Assembly (NCBI GenBank): GCA_963842725.1
Contig: CAWJHN010000004.1
Location: forward strand, 254,098 to 318,097
Reading direction: 5' to 3'
Length of the DNA: 64,000 nucleotides
DNA from: an uncultured Actinomycetes bacterium
GTDB lineage: Bacteria > Actinomycetota > Actinomycetes > S36-B12
Every line of letters begins with the position of its first letter. The first letter of the stretch is position 1. The position numbers were made by a program, and so were the translations under genes. Below the pieces are notes generated by a model. It made no database searches. It worked only from the letters and a program-made list of their open reading frames with translations, and was not told the DNA's origin. Of this stretch, positions 59,079 through 64,000 are shown in pieces.

Positions 59079-60076
59079 CTGCCGGCCAGGAACCGAACCG
59101 CGTTGCCGCCGAGGATCGCCGCACGATCTGCGTCGGCGAGTCGGGCACGCCTCACGACATCGCCGGCGGGGCGTTCGCCGAGCGGGTAGGGGTAGTCGCT
59201 GCCCATCAGCACGTTGTCGACGCCGAGCGTGTCGACGAGCAGTCTGAGCGAGGCCTCCGCAAAGACCACCGAGTCGACGCTGAAGCGCCCGACGTAGGAG
59301 CTGGGCGGTCGATGACTGCTGCTGCCGACGAGATCCCGTCGACCGTGCCAGGCGTTGTCGGCCCGGCCCAGCCAGAAGGCGAAGGAGCCGCCGCCGTGCG
59401 CGAACGCGATGCGCAGCGTGTCGGGCAGCCGGTCGAACGCGCCACTGAGGATGAGGGACAGCACCGAGAGGTGGGTCTCGGCGGGCATCCCGACCAGCCA
59501 CTGCGACATCCAGCGGTCGAGGCGCGGCGACGACGGCATGTCCCACGGGTGGACGAACACGGGGGCACCCCGCTCCGCGCAGTGCTGCAGGAACTCGACG
59601 ATCCCGCCGGCGTCGAGGTCGGCATCGCCCACGTGGTTGCCGATCTCGACACCGTGGTGGCCGTTCTCCAGGCACCGGTCGAGCTCGCGGCAGGCGGCCT
59701 CGGGGTCCTGCAGCGGGACCTGGCAGAACGGCAGCAGCCGCGATGGATCGACGGCCGTGATGTCGAGGGCGAGGTCGTTGAAGATCGACGCCACCGCCGT
59801 CGCCTGGGCGGGCTCTCGTCCGTAGGAGAAGAACACCGGGGTGGGGGACACCACCTGCATGTCGACTGCGTCGTGGTCCATGTCGGCAAGGCGTCGATCC
59901 GCGTTCCAGCAGGCATCGGTGACGGATCGGAACTCCCGCTCGCCCAGCATGATCGTCGCCTCGGCCGGCGAGTCGACCCGCAGCGACGGCCAGTCGCCGC
60001 CTCCGCACTCGACGGACAGGTCGGGCCAGCCCTCGGGAACGTAGTGCGAGTGGATGTCGATGACGGGCACGGGCAT
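59075..60076 (-). CDS. 2-amino-3-carboxymuconate-6-semialdehyde decarboxylase (ACMSD)
   Basis: IDIHSH, QVVSPTP.FFSY, FVHPWDM, WLVGMPAET, AHGGGSF, GSDYPYPLGE. Confidence 0.9.
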   Translation of the reverse strand: MPVPVIDIHSHYVPEGWPDLSVECGGGDWPSLRVDSPAEATIMLGEREFRSVTDACWNADRRLADMDHDAVDMQVVSPTPVFFSYGREPAQATAVASIFNDLALDITAVDPSRLLPFCQVPLQDPEAACRELDRCLENGHHGVEIGNHVGDADLDAGGIVEFLQHCAERGAPVFVHPWDMPSSPRLDRWMSQWLVGMPAETHLSVLSLILSGAFDRLPDTLRIAFAHGGGSFAFWLGRADNAWHGRRDLVGSSSHRPPSSYVGRFSVDSVVFAEASLRLLVDTLGVDNVLMGSDYPYPLGERPAGDVVRRARLADADRAAILGGNAVRFLAGS

Positions 60077-60083
60077 GCAGGCG

Positions 60084-60608
60084 TCAGCCCCTGCCGGGGT
60101 GGACGCTGCCGCAGGCCGTGCACGTGCGGGCCGCCTCGTCGGAGTAGAACGCCTCGAACACCGGCGGCAGGTCTACGACGATGTCGGAGACCTGGAGCTC
60201 CACGTCGTGGATGAGGTGATTGCACTCCCGGCAGTACCACTGGAAGTGCTCGAGGACGCCCGGCTCGCGAGGGCGCTCGAACACCAGGCCGATCGACCCG
60301 GCCTCCGGGCGCTGCGGGGAGTGCGGCACATTGCGCGGCAGGACCCACATCTGCCCGGGACCGATCGTGACCGTCTGCCGGCCCTCGGGCGTCTGGAGGT
60401 CGACGTGCATGGTGCCCTTCAGCTGGTAGAAGACCTCCTCGTAGGGCTCCTGGTGGTAGTCCGTGCGCTGGTTGGGCCCGCCCACGACCATGACGATGAA
60501 GTCCTCGCAGCCCGGGAAGACCTCCTTGTTGCCGACCGGCGGCTTGAGACCCGGGCCGTGCTCGGCGAGCCAGGCCTCGAAGTCGAGGGTGCGTGTCAGG
60601 TCACTCAT
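60084..60608 (-). CDS. nbaC: 3-hydroxyanthranilate 3,4-dioxygenase
   Basis: LKPPVGNK, GGPNQRTDYH, EEVFYQ, PHSPQR, CREC...CTAC rubredoxin-like site. Confidence 0.94.
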   Translation of the reverse strand: MSDLTRTLDFEAWLAEHGPGLKPPVGNKEVFPGCEDFIVMVVGGPNQRTDYHQEPYEEVFYQLKGTMHVDLQTPEGRQTVTIGPGQMWVLPRNVPHSPQRPEAGSIGLVFERPREPGVLEHFQWYCRECNHLIHDVELQVSDIVVDLPPVFEAFYSDEAARTCTACGSVHPGRG

Positions 60609-61026
60609 GGGTGCCTCCTGGCTTGAATGCGACGGCCTGGATCTCGATCAGCAGGTCCGGATGAGGCAGCTCCCGCACGGCGACGGTCGTCCGCGTCGGC
60701 GCCGAATCCGGGAAGTACTCCGCGTACGCGGCGTTGTATGCGGCGAAGTCGGCCATGTCGACGAGGTACGAGGTCACCTGGACGAGGTCACCGAGTCCGG
60801 CCCCGACGGCGGCCAGGATCCCGGCGATGTTGTCGAGGGTGCCGCGCGTCTGCTGCGTGACATCGCGAACGGTGACGCCATCGACGACGTCGACCCCCGC
60901 ATGGCTGCCGTCGGGTCGACGGCTCGACGTGCCCGACACGTAGATGAAGTCGCCGGCGATCCGGCAGTGCGGGTACCTGCCCAGCGGGGCAGCGCTCCCC
61001 GGGACGATGTGCTCCGAGGTCGCCAT
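60601..61026 (-). CDS. RidA-family protein (2-aminomuconate deaminase-like)
   Basis: PLGRYPH, VSGTSSRRPD, PTRTTVAV..LPHP.LLIEIQ. Confidence 0.85.
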   Translation of the reverse strand: MATSEHIVPGSAAPLGRYPHCRIAGDFIYVSGTSSRRPDGSHAGVDVVDGVTVRDVTQQTRGTLDNIAGILAAVGAGLGDLVQVTSYLVDMADFAAYNAAYAEYFPDSAPTRTTVAVRELPHPDLLIEIQAVAFKPGGTHE

Positions 61027-62372
61027 CAGTCCTCCTCCCCCGTGACCCGGCGCAGGAGTGCTGTGGCCGCGGCCGCGACCGCGAGGACGGCGCCCCCCGC
61101 GGCGACGGCGAGGACGCGCTGCTGGGTCCTGGACCTCTCGATCACCTCGGCGTACGGGATCGTCGTGAACGAGACCATCTCGTAACGGGACAGGTAGGTG
61201 CCCGGCAGCACCTTCTCCAGGCCGTGCTCCAGCCTCTTCGCGAGGAGGAAGGAGCGGGACCCGACCTTGTCGCGCATCTCCACGAAGTTCTCCTTCGCGA
61301 GCTGGGCGATGGCCTCTGCGTTGTGGCGCCGTCTCTCCTGGTACATCGGCAGGGCCAGCGCCCAGTCGTCGCCGACCTCGCCGAGGCAGCGGTCGAGCTC
61401 GACGACGTCCTCGAAGCCGCAGTTCGCGCCCTGACCGAAGAAGGGCAGGATGGCGTGCGCCGCGTCGCCGATCAGGGCGACCTTCCCGTCGACCTGCCAG
61501 GGGTCGGTGTGGATCGTGGCGAGCAGCCCCACCGGGTTGTACTGGTAGTCCTCGACGAGGGTCGGCATCAGGGGCACGGCGTCCGGGTAGGCCGCCCCGA
61601 AGTGGTCGAGGATCTCGTCGGACGTGCCGAGGGCGTCGAAGCCGTCCGGGCCGTCCTTGGGCCAGAAGAGCGTGCACGTGAAGGATCCGTCGGGGTTGGG
61701 CAGCGCGATCATCATCGACGCCCCCCGCGGCCAGATGTGGAGCGCGTCCGGATCCAGGGCGAACTCGCCGTCGCGCGCGGGAATCGTCAGTTCCTTGTAG
61801 CCGAAGTCGAGGCGGTCGGTGACGACCCCGACCCGACCGGCCCGTTCCAGGGACTGGCGCACGATGCTGCCGAAGCCGTCGGCGGCCAGCACGATGTCGG
61901 CGGAAACGGACGTCGTCGCCTCGCCGGACTCAAAGGTGAGCTCATTGGCGGCCAGGTCGTAGCCCGACAGCCGGGCGTCGAAGTGGATCGTCACTCCCGG
62001 CGTGGACGCGGCGGCGTCGAGCAGCGTCTCGTTGAGTGCGGCGCGCCCGATCGAGTTGATGGCCCGGTCCCCGGCGGACGAGTACGACTGGAACGTGACG
62101 GTTCCGTCGGCGGCGTGGATCATCCGGCCGTGCATCGGCAGGGCCGGTGCCATGACGTCGTCGACGAGGTCGATGCGGCGGAGCGCGTCGAGTCCGCGCT
62201 CGGACAGGGCGAGGTTGATCGACCGGCCCCGCTCGGCGGTGGCCGTGCGCGGATCGGGTCGACGCTCGTACACGTCGACCGGGTAGCCGCGACGTCCCAG
62301 GTAGCAGGCGAGCAGCGAGCCCACCAGGCCCGAGCCGACCACCGCCACGTGGGTCTCATCGATGGTCGTCAT
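61026..62372 (-). CDS. kmo: Kynurenine 3-monooxygenase
   Basis: GSGLVG, GRSINLALSERG, GYKEL.IP, ALHIWPRG..MMIALPN.DGSFTCTLF, GDAAHA..PFFGQGANCGFED. Confidence 0.93.
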   Translation of the reverse strand: MTTIDETHVAVVGSGLVGSLLACYLGRRGYPVDVYERRPDPRTATAERGRSINLALSERGLDALRRIDLVDDVMAPALPMHGRMIHAADGTVTFQSYSSAGDRAINSIGRAALNETLLDAAASTPGVTIHFDARLSGYDLAANELTFESGEATTSVSADIVLAADGFGSIVRQSLERAGRVGVVTDRLDFGYKELTIPARDGEFALDPDALHIWPRGASMMIALPNPDGSFTCTLFWPKDGPDGFDALGTSDEILDHFGAAYPDAVPLMPTLVEDYQYNPVGLLATIHTDPWQVDGKVALIGDAAHAILPFFGQGANCGFEDVVELDRCLGEVGDDWALALPMYQERRRHNAEAIAQLAKENFVEMRDKVGSRSFLLAKRLEHGLEKVLPGTYLSRYEMVSFTTIPYAEVIERSRTQQRVLAVAAGGAVLAVAAAATALLRRVTGEED

Positions 62373-63673
62373 GCGCCGATCCCCTCCCCGGTCAGCTCCT
62401 GGCTCAGCGCGTCGGCCGCCCGCCAGCAGTCGTGGAACGTGCAGTAGAGGGGGGCGGGCGAGAGTCGGATGATGTCGGGCCGGCGATCGTCGGCGACCAC
62501 GCCCCAGTTGGAGCTGAGGCGCTCGGTCAGGTCGGCGACGTCGACCGGGACGCGCACGGACAGCTGGGCGCCGTGCCGCTCGTCCTCGGACGGAGTCACG
62601 ATCGCCAGGTCGGTTCGCGTGGCGATCTCGTCGAGCAGCGAGCGGAGGTAGGCGGTCAGCCGGAGGCTGCGCGCGCGGATCGCCGGCATCCCGACGCTGT
62701 CGAAGATCGCGAGGGACGTGCGAACCGGTCCCATGGAGAAGATGGGGGGATTCGACAGCGCCCAGGCGTCGGCGGAGGCCTGCGGTCGAGATACCGGCCG
62801 CATGTCGAACCGCGTCGCGGGGTCGGTGCTCCACCAGCCCTCGAGCCGCGGGATCGCGGGGTTGCCGATGTGCCGCTCGTGGACGAAGGCGCCGGCGATG
62901 GACCCGGGTCCGGAGTTGAGGTACTTGTAGGTGCACCAGGCCGCGAAGTCCGCGTCCCAGTCGTGCAGTGCCAGGGGCACGTTCCCGACGGCGTGCGCGA
63001 GGTCCCAGCCGACGGTCGCGCCGATGGCTTGGCCCGCCCGCGTGATCGCTGGCATGTCGAGGACCTCGCCGGTGAGGTAGTTGACGCCGCCGAGCAGCAC
63101 GGTGGCGATCGAGTGGGCGTGGTCCTCGAGTGTCGATATGACGTCGCCGGTGCGCAGGGTGTCCTCGCCCGGGCGGGGAGTCAGCCGCAGCACCGCCGTC
63201 TCGGGATCGTGACCGCGCATCGCCACGTGACTGCGCACCGCGTAGGAGTCCGACGAGAACGCGTAGTCCTCGATGACGATCCGGTGCCTGATGGGCGTCG
63301 GACGGTAGAACGAGGCCAGGAGCAGGTGCAGGTTGACGGTGAGCGTGTTCATGCTGACGACCTCGTGCGGCAGGGCCCCGACGATCCGCGCGGCCGGCTC
63401 CCGGAGCTCCTCGTGGTATGACACCCACGGGCGGTCGGCGTCGGTGTGGCCGTGCACGCCGTACTCCTCCCAGGCGTCGAGGTCGGCCATCAGCTCGGCG
63501 CGCGTCGCCCTCGGCTGCAGCCCGAGGGAGTTGCCGGCCAGGTATGCGGTCAGGGGGAACTCGCCGCCGATCGCCGGCGGGATGAGGAAATCGGAGCGCC
63601 GCAGGGCCGGATCGGTCTGCTGGTCGTGCTCGATGGCGAGGTCCTCGCGGGTGTCGGTCGTCACGTCCCTCAT
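62369..63673 (-). CDS. kynU: Kynureninase
   Basis: YLAGNSLGLQP, MNTLTVNLHL, GWDLAHAVGN, WCTYKYLNSGPG, PAPLY. Confidence 0.95.
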   Translation of the reverse strand: MRDVTTDTREDLAIEHDQQTDPALRRSDFLIPPAIGGEFPLTAYLAGNSLGLQPRATRAELMADLDAWEEYGVHGHTDADRPWVSYHEELREPAARIVGALPHEVVSMNTLTVNLHLLLASFYRPTPIRHRIVIEDYAFSSDSYAVRSHVAMRGHDPETAVLRLTPRPGEDTLRTGDVISTLEDHAHSIATVLLGGVNYLTGEVLDMPAITRAGQAIGATVGWDLAHAVGNVPLALHDWDADFAAWCTYKYLNSGPGSIAGAFVHERHIGNPAIPRLEGWWSTDPATRFDMRPVSRPQASADAWALSNPPIFSMGPVRTSLAIFDSVGMPAIRARSLRLTAYLRSLLDEIATRTDLAIVTPSEDERHGAQLSVRVPVDVADLTERLSSNWGVVADDRRPDIIRLSPAPLYCTFHDCWRAADALSQELTGEGIGA

Positions 63674-64000
63674 TCAATACCTGAACGGGGGACCGCGGTT
63701 TGGTTTGCGCCATCAGGTCCGCCGGACGGCAGCCCGAGGCCGGCCAGCTCGGCCATGACGACCGACCAGGCGCGGCTGCCCGGGTCGATGAGCTCGAAGT
63801 GCCCGCAGTCATCGATGACCACGAGACGGTGCCGGTCGCCGGCGTACGACCGCGAGACGGAGAGTGGGACGAGGGTGTCGTCGTCGCCGTGGACCAGCGT
63901 TATGGGGATCGTCGGCGCGGCCAGCCGGGCGGGATCGAGGTCGGGCCTCCGGCGGGCCGGCGCTCCGAGGAAGTCCGTCACCGCGCCGTCGTCGAGCCCG
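63670..64000 (-). CDS. Alpha/beta hydrolase, C-terminal part (possible kynurenine formamidase); runs off the window
   Basis: LVHGDDDTLVP...GHFELIDP..AW acid/His motifs; its stop overlaps the kynU start. Confidence 0.6.
   Translation of the reverse strand, partial: GLDDGAVTDFLGAPARRRPDLDPARLAAPTIPITLVHGDDDTLVPLSVSRSYAGDRHRLVVIDDCGHFELIDPGSRAWSVVMAELAGLGLPSGGPDGANQTAVPRSGIE

Noticed and set aside
61026..63812. 928-aa ORF as a KynU-KMO fusion
   Set aside because: KynU is in a different frame; KMO starts at ATG 62372, overlapping the kynU stop

Overview
High-GC actinobacterial chromosomal window with about 70 genes and one tRNA-Thr(TGT). I found no CRISPR array, integrase or transposase. (1) 1-12.5 kb is an accessory catabolic cluster: PLP decarboxylase (partial), ferredoxin reductase, ferredoxin, FAH-family enzyme, LigB/HpaD-type extradiol dioxygenase, HpaE-like dehydrogenase, two class-I glutamine amidotransferases, MarR, cytochrome P450, a glutamine-synthetase-like gamma-glutamyl ligase, an MppR-like aldolase and an APC permease. 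Its promoter regions share an 18-bp palindrome (TCGTTnGGnnCCnAACGA). This is the best candidate for an undescribed system: a gamma-glutamyl-protected, P450-initiated meta-cleavage route for an aromatic amine. (2) 12.5-48 kb is largely conserved actinobacterial core: glgA/glgC, pstSCAB-mutT1-CYTH/CHAD-ppk1-mshD-glnR, thioredoxin/DUF4395/nitrobindin/Fur/YgfZ, gpmA-mshA-phoU-senX3-regX3, carD-ispDF-cysS-rlmB. It also holds an unusual repeat protein at the hbhA position. (3) 49.5-56 kb is a GlnA4-type gamma-glutamylation cluster carrying a sixth copy of the palindrome. (4) 56-64 kb holds an ABC exporter and a kynurenine-pathway tryptophan catabolic operon. Four +1 frameshifts, three in short homopolymers and one at or near a GG pair, most likely reflect sequencing error. 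All product calls come from motifs and recalled family knowledge; no database searches were run.
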